Assembly (NCBI GenBank): GCA_040235515.1
Contig: JBECKX010000143.1
Span: 1-48,120, forward strand
DNA length: 48,120 nt
Direction of reading: 5' to 3'
From: Candidatus Zixiibacteriota bacterium
GTDB lineage: Bacteria > Zixibacteria > MSB-5A5 > CAIYYT01
The notes under the pieces are model-generated. The model did not search any database. It worked only from the letters and a program-made list of their open reading frames with translations, and was not told where the DNA came from. Position 1 is the first letter of the stretch; every line of letters starts with the position of its first letter. Made by a program: the position numbers and the translations under genes. This document shows positions 39,007 to 48,120 of the stretch, piece by piece.

Positions 39007-39840
39007 ATGAATCAAGAAGTTGAGAAATCACAGAAGAAACGCAGGATCAAACAAAGAAGCCCGAACTATCCTTCGATCGACTTAGAGAAAGCGCTTGAAT
39101 ACGCCAAATTGCAGTACGATTCTGACGGTATGCAGGGTATTCCAGTTAACATCGCCCATGGTCGATGGGGATTCAAGCCCGGCGGGAGCCACGGTGATCT
39201 AATGTTGGCTGCCATCAAGGCATTTGGTCTAGTTGAGGTCGAAGGATCCGGGAGCAAACGCCAAGTGAGAATTACCGAGCTTGCCCGCAAAATTATATTG
39301 GATCATGAAGACAAGCAGTCCCTCCTGCAGGACGCTGCACTAATGCCTAAGATTCACAAGGTAATCTGGGAACACTACGGCGGAGATATACCAAGAGATG
39401 ACGTTTTGCGACATTTTCTTATATTCGATTTGAACTTTAACGATAAGGCTGTGGACGGGTTTATTTCTCAATTTCGCGACACTATTTCATTTGCGAATGT
39501 TGAATCTCTCAGTATCTTGAATAAGAAGAGGAGCATTTTTGGCCAGCCAGTATTTCCCAAGCCGAAAAATGAGGAAGGGACTGGTGGACTAGAAAGTGAA
39601 GACAGAGTTAAGTCAGGTAAGGAGCCAAATTTTGGCTCGGAGATCGAGAAGAAAATGCAGGAGTTGAAAGAGAAGCCGGGCCTAAGCGATGTTAAGTTTA
39701 ATCTCCCCAGCGGCAAAGCCACTTTGTTTCATCCTGAGACTATGACCGCAGAGGACTTTGAAGTCTTTGACATCTACTGGCAGGGATTTAAGAAATCGTA
39801 CCAATTATCGAAGGGGAAGCCAAAAGAGAATGAAGAATGA
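39007..39840 (+). CDS. Hypothetical passenger protein, possible winged-helix N-terminus
   Basis: AAGGAG RBS before ATG 39007; AAIKAFGLV..ITELA wHTH-like segment. Confidence 0.75.
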   Translation: MNQEVEKSQKKRRIKQRSPNYPSIDLEKALEYAKLQYDSDGMQGIPVNIAHGRWGFKPGGSHGDLMLAAIKAFGLVEVEGSGSKRQVRITELARKIILDHEDKQSLLQDAALMPKIHKVIWEHYGGDIPRDDVLRHFLIFDLNFNDKAVDGFISQFRDTISFANVESLSILNKKRSIFGQPVFPKPKNEEGTGGLESEDRVKSGKEPNFGSEIEKKMQELKEKPGLSDVKFNLPSGKATLFHPETMTAEDFEVFDIYWQGFKKSYQLSKGKPKENEE

Positions 39841-40123
39841 CTTAGCGTCGTTTATTGAACATCTCCATAGATGCAAAGCAATTCACTTCGAGGATGTTGA
39901 AGTCAATGAGGAGTTTGACGGTCAAACCGTTTGGAGTGGCGTAGTCTCAGTATTCAAAATCAATGGGCACCCGAAAGCTGACACCTGCTACGGGTGGTCG
40001 TCTCCAATTGAAGGCTCCGACAAACGCAAGTTTTACGCGATCCTCAAGCTTCCCCCAGTTCAATCCCCCAGCGATGCAGTCAAGGCAGCAATAGCAAGCG
40101 AGTATAAATCCAAAAACAAGTAA
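39830..40123 (+). CDS. Hypothetical passenger protein (97 aa)
   Basis: ATG overlaps the upstream gene end; globular composition. Confidence 0.7.
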   Translation: MKNDLASFIEHLHRCKAIHFEDVEVNEEFDGQTVWSGVVSVFKINGHPKADTCYGWSSPIEGSDKRKFYAILKLPPVQSPSDAVKAAIASEYKSKNK

Positions 40124-40136
40124 AGGTGGTAAGGTA

Positions 40137-40361
40137 GTGGGTAGGTTTGGAAAGACTCTAGCAGTATTCGCCATTGGCCTGATTCTGATTGCTATGGTGC
40201 TGCTTTGGTTTCAGAAGGACAGGTATGAGGTCGTTGTATCCAGCGAATCTGACTACACCTATGTAATCAAGATTGATAAGAATACAGGGCGTGTCTGGTC
40301 TTGGGCTCGAGGATCATACGTCGATAATCCTGGCTGGTCTCTCATTAAGGAGCGAAATTAG
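40137..40361 (+). CDS. Small membrane-anchored passenger protein
   Basis: AAGG RBS, one N-terminal TM; stop codon lies inside the right TIR. Confidence 0.65.
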   Translation: MGRFGKTLAVFAIGLILIAMVLLWFQKDRYEVVVSSESDYTYVIKIDKNTGRVWSWARGSYVDNPGWSLIKERN

Positions 40362-40442
40362 GACACTACCAGGGGGAGAGGGGGGTAACCGGGCGGGTTT
40401 GAAGCGGGGAGTGTCTCCTCGACGCCCCGCTTGAGCCTGTCC

Positions 40443-40880
40443 CTACCGGAGTTCCTCGGCGAGTCCGATCAGAATTCCTTCGGGGCCCCGGATGTAGCAG
40501 AGTCTATATGCGTCTTTGTACTGCGAGATCTCACCAACGAGTTCCGCGCCACGTTTGCTGAGCCGGGCAACCAGCTTGTCGATCTCCTCCACGGCAAACA
40601 TTACGCGCAGGTACCCGAGAGCGTTCACCGGGGCGTTCCGGTGATCAGCGACCACGGGCGGTGCGAGGAATCGAGACAATTCGAGGCGGCCGTGGCCGTC
40701 CGGCGTACGCATCATGGCAATCTCGACTCTCATGTCACGTAGTCCGGTAACGCCATCTGCCCACTCCCCTTCGACTTGAGCCCGCCCTTCGAGATTGAGG
40801 CCAAGTTCCGTGAAGAAATCGATAGCGGCATCAAGGTCCGCTACCACGATGCCAACATTGTCCATGCGCTTGATCGTCAC
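40443..40880 (-). CDS. VOC/glyoxalase family protein
   Basis: DNVGIVV.DLDAAIDFF, LEL, LCYIRGPEGILI.L.E. Confidence 0.93.
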   Translation of the reverse strand: MTIKRMDNVGIVVADLDAAIDFFTELGLNLEGRAQVEGEWADGVTGLRDMRVEIAMMRTPDGHGRLELSRFLAPPVVADHRNAPVNALGYLRVMFAVEEIDKLVARLSKRGAELVGEISQYKDAYRLCYIRGPEGILIGLAEELR

Positions 40881-40976
40881 AATACCTACCCGGTGTCGAT
40901 TGGTTGTCAGATGTGTAATTCATACATTGAAAGCCGAGCTAACGCAAGCCTAAACGGACGCGATGACACTTGCGAA

Positions 40977-41042
40977 CAGGTCCGAACTCCTGCGCCACGG
41001 ACTCCGGGGAGTGGTTAGAAGCGCGCGCGGGGCCGGACAGCG
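40977..41042. repeat. 66-bp direct repeat, copy 1
   Basis: 54/66 identical to 43464-43529 by manual ungapped alignment. Confidence 0.85.
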
Positions 41043-41044
41043 AA

Positions 41045-43237
41045 CTACTTCAGCTTTTCCTCCGGGTTGTTGATCGCTTCGGAGGCTGGGAGGTTGTAGG
41101 CCTCCGGATTCAGGTATTTACCGCGATCATTGGAATCCTTTTCGATTTCAGAAGAAAAGCCGAGTTGTTGTGCCAGGGGATCAGACCTTACTCCAGTGAC
41201 CTGCCAGGAGACTTCTACTCTTGGCTCACTTGTTCGGATCAAGAATCGACCAGCGGAGATTCTCTCAGCTATGATAGCCTGGGCAAATTCCCCGATAACC
41301 GTGAGTTGATAGCGAAAGTCCGTGTCGAGGGCTTCGGCATACTCCGGTAGAGCGACAGAGGCATATCCGGAGCCATCCGTAACGACATTGCCTGAGTAGA
41401 TGTTCACCATCTCGTTGCTTTCAACGAGCGCTTGTTGCAGGTACTTGTTGGCAGGGTCAAGAGGATGATCCGATTTCGTGAATGAGGCGGACTTTGTGAC
41501 GCTGCCGGTGACGTCGACGTCGCCGTTGAAGAAGCCAGCCAGGCCGCTGCCAGCCAGAGCGCTGATGGCGGGGCTGCTTCCGGAGTTGATGGCATACAAT
41601 GCACCCCAATTGTTGCCCTGTGAGACGTTTCCGATCGCCCGCATGCCATCACCATTGCCGTTATTGCGAAAGTTTGCGCCATATTGGGGACTGTTTGCTT
41701 CAGCGCGCAGACCTCTTTCGGCGCGTACGGCGAATTCGTTTTGATACAGGGAGTAAAATTCCCCGGAACCTGAGTCGGCCCAAACGAATGAACCTGTATG
41801 GAATGCTCTTGCACCACGCCCTGCGGCGAGACTGAAGTTTCCGAGAGCCTCACAGCGGCTACCGCCGACGACGACAGAACTGGTTCCGAGCGCGAAATTC
41901 GAGTCAGAACCGGTGGGGCCACCTCCACCGCAAACTACCGAATAGGCTCCGGCTGCGATGTTGCCTTCACCTCCAGCAACGACGGCAGCGTAGCCGCTGG
42001 CTTTGTTGGCAATGCCGCCACCGACAGTAGCCAACGGAGCGAGGGCCTGGTTTACCTGTCCACCTGTGACTGAGCTTCCTCCGCCTTGAGCGATATTGTT
42101 CGAGCCACCGCCGACAAAGCTGCCGAAAGTTGCGGTATTGCTGAGCCCTCCCGCCACGGCACTGTAGTCGAGGTCTGCCGTATTGCCCGCGCCGCCACCG
42201 ACAAAGCAATCTTCTCCGCTGGTATTCGATTGGCCGCCGGAGATGGTGGCATGAAGACCTGTTGCAGAATTTGCGAAGCCGCCAGCGATCACGGCTGCCG
42301 CTGCATTCGAACTGACCGTGTTGTCGCTACCACCCCCAATGAATGAATTGGCTCCATCGGCCAGGTTTATTGATCCTCCGGCCACTACCGAGTAAGTCCC
42401 ATGGGCTGAATTGGAGTAGCCTCCACCCAAAAACGCGCCGGTTTGCGCGGAGTTGAACTGGCCTCCTACCAGGGCGGCATGAGCTCCCGAGGTAGCGTTG
42501 TTCTCACCGCCGCCAATGAATTCGTATGGTTGAAAAGTCTGATTGCTGAAACCTCCGCCGATCGTGCCAAACGTGGATGATGACAGGATTGAGTTTGACT
42601 CGCCTCCCATCACCACTCCGTGCGGAGATGCCACGAGGTTGTTTTCTCCTCCGCCAATTCGTCCGAAGCTTGCGCTGGCGTTGTTGAGCAAACCGCCCCC
42701 CACTGAGGAGAAGTCGCCGGCGGCGGAGCAATTGTTGCCGAAGGCAAACGACTGCATCCCCGATACCTGGCTGCCGAGGCCCGCGCGGAGGGTGCCGTCG
42801 ATCTCTACGTCGCGCGTGATCAAGCCGCCTGAAGCTTGATCAACGGTGCCGACGCGCTGGGCAAAGGCGACCGAGACGATTCTCTGACGCGGAGTCAACT
42901 CAGGCTCACCGTTCAGAGCGACCGCGAGATAGAGATCACTGCCGACAAAGAGGCTCTCGGGAAATGGGTTTGAACTTCCGAGTAGTGCGGTGAATAGTCC
43001 GCTGGTCACCTGCAACGATGGATAAGTCTCTGACCAAAGCGGGACTCCTCCGCCGGCGGCAGAATAGATCAGAAATTCAGCTGAAACCACCCCATCAACG
43101 GGAACGCCGCCGCTGTCGGTCAGTCTGCCCTGGTAGTTGAGGAGTGCCGGCACTGAGGATTGCGCGAACGCGACTCCAAGAGAGAGACTCAGGAGCACGG
43201 CAACGGTCGTCACGAAACGAGGAATTGAAGGGAGCAT
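41045..43237 (-). CDS. Secreted Gly-rich repeat protein (adhesin/fibre-like)
   Basis: Signal peptide; NYQGRLTD domain; ~15-aa GGG..N.A repeats; DHPLDPANKYL C-terminal domain. Confidence 0.8.
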   Translation of the reverse strand: MLPSIPRFVTTVAVLLSLSLGVAFAQSSVPALLNYQGRLTDSGGVPVDGVVSAEFLIYSAAGGGVPLWSETYPSLQVTSGLFTALLGSSNPFPESLFVGSDLYLAVALNGEPELTPRQRIVSVAFAQRVGTVDQASGGLITRDVEIDGTLRAGLGSQVSGMQSFAFGNNCSAAGDFSSVGGGLLNNASASFGRIGGGENNLVASPHGVVMGGESNSILSSSTFGTIGGGFSNQTFQPYEFIGGGENNATSGAHAALVGGQFNSAQTGAFLGGGYSNSAHGTYSVVAGGSINLADGANSFIGGGSDNTVSSNAAAAVIAGGFANSATGLHATISGGQSNTSGEDCFVGGGAGNTADLDYSAVAGGLSNTATFGSFVGGGSNNIAQGGGSSVTGGQVNQALAPLATVGGGIANKASGYAAVVAGGEGNIAAGAYSVVCGGGGPTGSDSNFALGTSSVVVGGSRCEALGNFSLAAGRGARAFHTGSFVWADSGSGEFYSLYQNEFAVRAERGLRAEANSPQYGANFRNNGNGDGMRAIGNVSQGNNWGALYAINSGSSPAISALAGSGLAGFFNGDVDVTGSVTKSASFTKSDHPLDPANKYLQQALVESNEMVNIYSGNVVTDGSGYASVALPEYAEALDTDFRYQLTVIGEFAQAIIAERISAGRFLIRTSEPRVEVSWQVTGVRSDPLAQQLGFSSEIEKDSNDRGKYLNPEAYNLPASEAINNPEEKLK

Positions 43238-43463
43238 GAATTGTATCGTCCTTTCTTGCGGTCGCAGATGAGCAGTGAAGAAAGTGGAGTATCGGTAGCG
43301 GCGAAGATCTCAGGAGCCCCACGCCTTCTGGTATCTATCTGATCTTAGAATCTTATTCTTACGAGTAGTTTTGTTTCACCCGGACGATGCTGGGTGAACA
43401 GGTACTTCTATGGTACAGCATATCCTCATTTTGGCAAGCCAATAATGACAACCCTTTGAGGAG

Positions 43464-43529
43464 CAGGATCGAACCCCTGCGTCACGAATTCCGGGGAGTG
43501 GTTAAAAGCGCGCGGAGAGCCGGGCGGCG
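43464..43529. repeat. 66-bp direct repeat, copy 2
   Basis: See 40977-41042. Confidence 0.85.
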
Positions 43530-43545
43530 GACCGCTTAAACCCAG

Positions 43546-44343
43546 CTAATCGACTTTCGCTGCAACGACAATCATACTCAGCGGCAACTTGATGCGGTCG
43601 TTTTCCAGACCGGCGTGGACGTTGGAGATGTCATGCGGGTATTCTGTGAAGTCTTGAATCTGGAATCTGTTGCGCAGCAGTCCCATGAAAATATCGGAGA
43701 GTTTGTGGACGAACCAATAGTTGAGGGGACCTTTGTATTCAACATTGCCCCAGTAGTCGAGGCCTTCCTCATCAGCGTAAGGCTCAGTTTTGAAGTAGCT
43801 CTGTTCAATCTGCAACTGGGGATTCGGTTTGCCCCCATCGAACATCTCGACGAATGGATGCTGTTCGTAGATCAGGATCTGACCATGAGGTTTGATGAGT
43901 CTCGATACTTTACCGAAGAATTCGTCGAGATCGGGCATCCAGCCGAAGCAGCCGATGGTGATGAAGCAAAGATCGGCGGGCTCAAGGGTGGCGGGATTGA
44001 GTTCATAGATGTCTGAGCAGATGAACTCACCGGGAACGCCGGAGTCAGAGGAGAGCTTGCGGGCTTCGTCGATCGCTGCGGAGGAGATATCGATGCCGAC
44101 CACCGATGCGGCGCCGAGGTTTTTCAGGGAGAGTGTTTCGCGACCATCGTTGCAGGCGATCTGGACAACGCGCTTGCCTGCCAGACCGACCTCCCGAAGC
44201 TTGGCTGTCACGTGCTGATCGAGTGAGGAATAGCCGGGAGTCCGGAACGCCTGGAAGAATTTGCCGGCTTTGGCGCGCTGGTGGTATGGGGTGACTTCAT
44301 CCCAGGCCCGGCGGTTGGCGTCGGTATATTTCTTGTGGTTCAT
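43546..44343 (-). CDS. Class I SAM-dependent methyltransferase
   Basis: NRRAWDE, QIACNDG, GIDIS, WMPDL, YEQHPF. Confidence 0.88.
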   Translation of the reverse strand: MNHKKYTDANRRAWDEVTPYHQRAKAGKFFQAFRTPGYSSLDQHVTAKLREVGLAGKRVVQIACNDGRETLSLKNLGAASVVGIDISSAAIDEARKLSSDSGVPGEFICSDIYELNPATLEPADLCFITIGCFGWMPDLDEFFGKVSRLIKPHGQILIYEQHPFVEMFDGGKPNPQLQIEQSYFKTEPYADEEGLDYWGNVEYKGPLNYWFVHKLSDIFMGLLRNRFQIQDFTEYPHDISNVHAGLENDRIKLPLSMIVVAAKVD

Positions 44344-44490
44344 CTATCTTCTCCGGGTTGGGTGGTACGGGGTTTGACGCATTCGACAGCGTGATTGTAC
44401 GTCGAAGTCATGTTGGAGTCAAGCGCTACGGGTGCAGGAGGACAGGCGCAGAAATTTCGTGAAAAAAATCACAAATTCGGTGAGCTATAC

Positions 44491-44519
44491 TTGACATTTG
44501 ACTCTTATTCGTCTAATTT
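44491..44519 (+). promoter_or_regulatory. Candidate sigma70 promoter of gdh
   Basis: TTGACA-17-TAATTT. Confidence 0.55.
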
Positions 44520-44772
44520 CACGGCGTTGCGCGGCTGCCGAAATGAATTGCTGCGCTTGTTGTTTTTGGCTGATTTTTCGGCTGTTTGATTGGCTTAACG
44601 AAGCGAGCCCTGCAATGGCAACGTTGTCGAATGTTGCAGAGGAAATTGGCGGATTCCGGCAACGTGCCAGACGCATTGCAGAAAGCCTCCGTTAGAAATC
44701 GCGTTGGAGCGTTTTCCAGCGATTGGTCGCCGTGGTTTTTCGCCTCATATTGATGAGGAAGGAGAGTTTCTC

Positions 44773-46059
44773 GTGAGCGTCGAATCATTTAACCCGTTTA
44801 CAATGGCCCAACAGCAGTTTGACAAAGCTGCTGAATATCTGCAGTTGGACGAGGGTGCCCGCAGCCTGCTGCGCTGGCCCTTGCGTGAATATCAGTTCAG
44901 CATTCCGGTAAGGATGGATGACGGCACCGTCAAAGTCTTCCGGGGTTTCCGCTGCCAGCACAATGATGCCCGCGGGCCCGCGAAGGGCGGTATCCGTTTT
45001 CACCCACAGGAGACAATCGACACGGTTCGTGCGCTTTCGATGTGGATGACCTGGAAGACTGCGGTTGTCAATATCCCGTTGGGTGGTGGCAAGGGTGGTG
45101 TGATCTGTGATCCGCACAATCTGAGCATGCGTGAGCAGGAGCAGATTTGCCGCGGTTGGATTCGCCAGTTGGCAAGAAACATCGGACCGCTTGCGGACGT
45201 ACCGGCTCCCGACGTAATGACCAACGCCCAGCATATGTTGTGGATGCTCGATGAGTATGAGCATATCATGGGCGCCAAGATGCCGGGGTTGATTACCGGC
45301 AAGCCGGTCGGCATGGGTGGCTCCCTGGGTCGCACCGAGGCGACGGGATATGGGGTGATGTACACCGTGCGCGAAGCGCTGAAGGACATGAATATCAAGC
45401 CGGAGAACACGACGGCCAGTTTCCAGGGGTTCGGCAATGTGTCGCAGTACGCGTTACGCCTTTATCAGATGATGGGTGGCACGCCGGTTTGCGTTTCGTG
45501 CTGGGACCAGGAGGACAGCAAGTCGTACACTTACACGCGCAAAGATGGTATCGATGTCGATCAGCTGGTGGGTATTACGGATCGTTTCGGCGGTATCGAC
45601 AAGAACAAGGCGAGGGATCTTGGTTATGAGCTGTTACCGGGTGATGCCTGGATCGAGCAGGATGTAGATATCCTCGTGCCGGCGGCGATCGAGAACCAGA
45701 TTACTTCTGCGACGGTCAGCAAGATCAAGGGTAATGTGAAGATCGTGGCTGAGGGCGCCAACGGACCGACCACGCCGGAAGCCGACAAGGTACTGCACGA
45801 GCGTGGGATTTTCATGATACCCGATTTCCTGGCCAACGCCGGTGGAGTCACCTGCAGCTACTTCGAGCAGGTCCAGAGCAACATGAATTACTTCTGGGAG
45901 AAGGATGAAGTGCTCGGCAAGCTTGATATCAAGATGACCGCTGCTTTCTGCGATGTCGCGGAGCTGGCGCGGAAGAAGAACCTTTACATGCGTGACGCTG
46001 CTTACCTGATTTCGGTGAGTCGGGTTGCGCAGGCCTGTCAGGATCGTGGCTGGGTATAG
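44773..46059 (+). CDS. gdhA: Glu/Leu/Phe/Val (glutamate) dehydrogenase
   Basis: GPAKGGIRFHP, GGGKGG, VPAPD, ATGYG, QGFGNV, EGANGP, NAGGV; GTG after AAGGAG. Confidence 0.93.
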   Translation: MSVESFNPFTMAQQQFDKAAEYLQLDEGARSLLRWPLREYQFSIPVRMDDGTVKVFRGFRCQHNDARGPAKGGIRFHPQETIDTVRALSMWMTWKTAVVNIPLGGGKGGVICDPHNLSMREQEQICRGWIRQLARNIGPLADVPAPDVMTNAQHMLWMLDEYEHIMGAKMPGLITGKPVGMGGSLGRTEATGYGVMYTVREALKDMNIKPENTTASFQGFGNVSQYALRLYQMMGGTPVCVSCWDQEDSKSYTYTRKDGIDVDQLVGITDRFGGIDKNKARDLGYELLPGDAWIEQDVDILVPAAIENQITSATVSKIKGNVKIVAEGANGPTTPEADKVLHERGIFMIPDFLANAGGVTCSYFEQVQSNMNYFWEKDEVLGKLDIKMTAAFCDVAELARKKNLYMRDAAYLISVSRVAQACQDRGWV

Positions 46060-46099
46060 TCGCGATACCGATTCCGCGATGTTAGTTAGATAATCATCG

Positions 46100-46155
46100 A
46101 CGGGGAGTGACGACTCGAGCACTGGTTGAGAGACGAGTCTCCTCCCCGTTTTTTT
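46100..46155 (+). terminator. Intrinsic terminator after gdh
   Basis: ACGGGGAG/CTCCCCGT stem with T run. Confidence 0.75.
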
Positions 46156-46183
46156 GTTTGAATCCACACGATCCGGGAATGCG

Positions 46184-47938
46184 ATGCCAGACGGATTACG
46201 AGACCAGCCGGAGCGCAAGCTCGACGTATTCGATCGCGATAAATTCCAGACTTCAGGACTAATCTCGGTAATAGGTAAGGGGTCGATCGGCGGCAAGGCG
46301 AACGGGCTGGCTTTCATCAAGGACTCGCTGCTGCCGCGCGTTGAGGAGAGTCTTTTTCCCACCATCAGCATGAACATTCCGCGTATGACGGTGCTGGCGA
46401 CCTCCGTTTTCGACAGTTTCATGGAGCGCAACCAGCTGCGGGAGGTTGTTGAGAAGGGATTGCGTGACGACCAGCTTGCAGATGCCTTCATCGAAGCTTC
46501 GTTGCCGGAGGAGATCGTCGGGGACCTGCGTACGCTCACCGACAAGATCAGCTTGCCGCTGGCGATCAGGTCATCGAGCCTGTTCGAGGATACGATGCGC
46601 GAGCCGTTTGCCGGTGTCTATGCTACCAAGATGATTCCAAATAACCAGAAGGATCCTGACAGGCGGTTCAAGACGCTGACTGACTCGATCAAGTTCGTCT
46701 ATGCGTCGACCTTCTTTCGTGAGGCACGCGAGTATATCAAGACGACTGAATTGGATGCGGACCAGGAGAAGATGGCGATCATCATTCAGGAGGTCGTGGG
46801 AGAGAAGCGGGAGAATCGGTTTTACCCGGCGATTTCGGGGGTGGTGCGGTCATACAATTTCTATCCATCGGGACACGCGAAGGCGGAGGACGGGGTGGTT
46901 AACCTGGCGCTCGGTCTGGGTAAAACGATCGTGGATGGAGAGACGTCGTGGAGTTACTCGCCGGCGTATCCGAAGGCGAATCCGCCTTACAAGTCGATCG
47001 ATTCGATGTTGAAGCAGACGCAGAACAAGTTCTGGGCGGTCAATCTGGCGAAGCCTTCCAGCTACAACCCGCTTAAGGAGAATGAGTTTCTTACCCGATT
47101 GCCGCTGAGCGCGGCAGAGGAGGACGGCACGCTCAAGTTCGTGGCATCGACCTACAATCCCGACAATGACCGGATCACTACGGGCATCGTCGGTGAAGGC
47201 CCGCGCATCGTAAACTTCGCGCCGATCCTGAAACTGAACGATATTCCGCTCAACTCGATGTTGCGCTACCTGCTTAAGCTTTGCGAGGAGGCGATCGGAC
47301 ACGAGGTTGAGATCGAGTTTGCAGTGACTGTTGATCCTGAGCATCAGCGCCGCGCGACTTTCTTCCTGTTACAGGTACGTCCGATGTTCGTGTCGCATAC
47401 GCGGGTGGAGGTTATCGACGAGGATATGGAGCGAGAGGGATTGCTGGCGGCATCGACTCGCGTGCTGGGCAATGGGGTTATCAATACGATTCGGGATGTG
47501 ATTTATGTCAAGCCGCAGCGGTTTGACGAGAAGCAGGCCTACCTGATTGCGACCGAGCTGGAGAAGCTCAATCAGCACCTGGCGGTGGAGGGGCATCCTT
47601 ACCTGCTGATTGCATTCGGGCGATTGGGGACGACCGATCCCCCGGCGGGAATTCCGGTGGCGTGGTGGCAGATTTCGGGGGCGAAGGTGATTATCGAGAC
47701 GACGTTGCCGGGGATGAATGTCGAACCCTCGCAGGGGTCCCACTTCTTCCACAATGTTATCAGTTCTCAGGTGGGCTATTTCTCGATCCCGGAGAACTCG
47801 GCGCACCCGATCGACTGGGGTTGGCTGAGCGCACAGGAAATAGTTGCAGAAACCGAGTTCGTCCGGTACGCTAAACTGTCGGCGCCGCTGCGTATAAAGA
47901 TTGATGGCCGCAGGGGACGCGGCATTATATTGACCTGA
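46184..47938 (+). CDS. PEP/pyruvate-binding (PPDK_N) domain protein
   Basis: IGGKANGL, AIRSSSLFED, FAGVY, EKMAIIIQ.VVG, LGLG, QVRP, SQGSHFF. Confidence 0.88.
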   Translation: MPDGLRDQPERKLDVFDRDKFQTSGLISVIGKGSIGGKANGLAFIKDSLLPRVEESLFPTISMNIPRMTVLATSVFDSFMERNQLREVVEKGLRDDQLADAFIEASLPEEIVGDLRTLTDKISLPLAIRSSSLFEDTMREPFAGVYATKMIPNNQKDPDRRFKTLTDSIKFVYASTFFREAREYIKTTELDADQEKMAIIIQEVVGEKRENRFYPAISGVVRSYNFYPSGHAKAEDGVVNLALGLGKTIVDGETSWSYSPAYPKANPPYKSIDSMLKQTQNKFWAVNLAKPSSYNPLKENEFLTRLPLSAAEEDGTLKFVASTYNPDNDRITTGIVGEGPRIVNFAPILKLNDIPLNSMLRYLLKLCEEAIGHEVEIEFAVTVDPEHQRRATFFLLQVRPMFVSHTRVEVIDEDMEREGLLAASTRVLGNGVINTIRDVIYVKPQRFDEKQAYLIATELEKLNQHLAVEGHPYLLIAFGRLGTTDPPAGIPVAWWQISGAKVIIETTLPGMNVEPSQGSHFFHNVISSQVGYFSIPENSAHPIDWGWLSAQEIVAETEFVRYAKLSAPLRIKIDGRRGRGIILT

Positions 47939-47971
47939 CTTAGATAGCTATAATTTTCCGATAAGAGAAGT

Positions 47972-48120
47972 ATGGACGCACGTCGACAATCGACAGATAA
48001 GATCCTCTGGTTCCTGCAGGAGCGGCAGAAGGAGCTTAACTGCCTCTACAAGATCGAAGAGGCATTGAACAAGCCTAATACCACAGTGGGACAGGCCTGT
48101 GAGGCAATCGTGAAGGCGAT
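47972..48120 (+). CDS. 3'-truncated ORF, likely a second PEP/pyruvate-binding family or GAF-linked protein
   Basis: MDARRQSTDKILWFLQERQKELNCLY; open to the window end. Confidence 0.6.
   Translation, partial: MDARRQSTDKILWFLQERQKELNCLYKIEEALNKPNTTVGQACEAIVKA

Larger units (their letters stand above)
37043..40370. mobile_element. IS1-family passenger-carrying element, 3328 bp
   Basis: Perfect 16-bp TIRs GGTAGTGTCCTAATTT (37043-37058; 40355-40370); 11-bp TSD AGGGGGAGAGG (37032-37042; 40371-40381); visibly AT-richer than flanks. Confidence 0.93.

Noticed and set aside
43440..43545. tRNA gene (GGTTCGATCC on the minus strand; also 40977 copy)
   Set aside because: Only a T-arm-like hairpin; no acceptor, D or anticodon arms could be built.

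Overview
GC-rich bacterial chromosomal window (gene content suggests a diderm, possibly FCB-superphylum lineage; inference only). 1-8.8 kb: housekeeping run (aminotransferase-like gene, folB-folK-dNK-panBCD, GlmU-N-like transferase, LytR_C protein, rsfS, rho). 8.8-12.5 kb: accessory genes between ~200-bp direct repeats and REP-like arrays. 12.7-20.2 kb: rpmE-DUF1385-prfA-[membrane protein, tldD, pmbA, small Tat peptide]-prmC. 20.5-26.0 kb: vWA protein, a repeat mosaic, then the best candidate new system: an RRE/PqqD-like + M50 protease + HlyD fusion followed by an uncalled 26-aa ORF (MENYNLRIEELEDKVAP-SPYSVGGQV) with its own promoter, structured leader, strong RBS and terminator. 26.1-36.9 kb (minus): Ser/Thr kinase-TPR, GAF-PAS histidine kinase, outer-membrane protein, NUDIX and a partner-switching module. 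37.0-40.4 kb: complete 3.3-kb IS1-family passenger-carrying element (16-bp TIRs, 11-bp TSD) with an NYN nuclease and two candidate antisense sRNAs. 40.4-48.1 kb: VOC protein, Gly-rich surface protein between 66-bp repeats, methyltransferase, glutamate dehydrogenase and PEP/pyruvate-binding proteins. All calls come from motif reading by eye; no searches were run.
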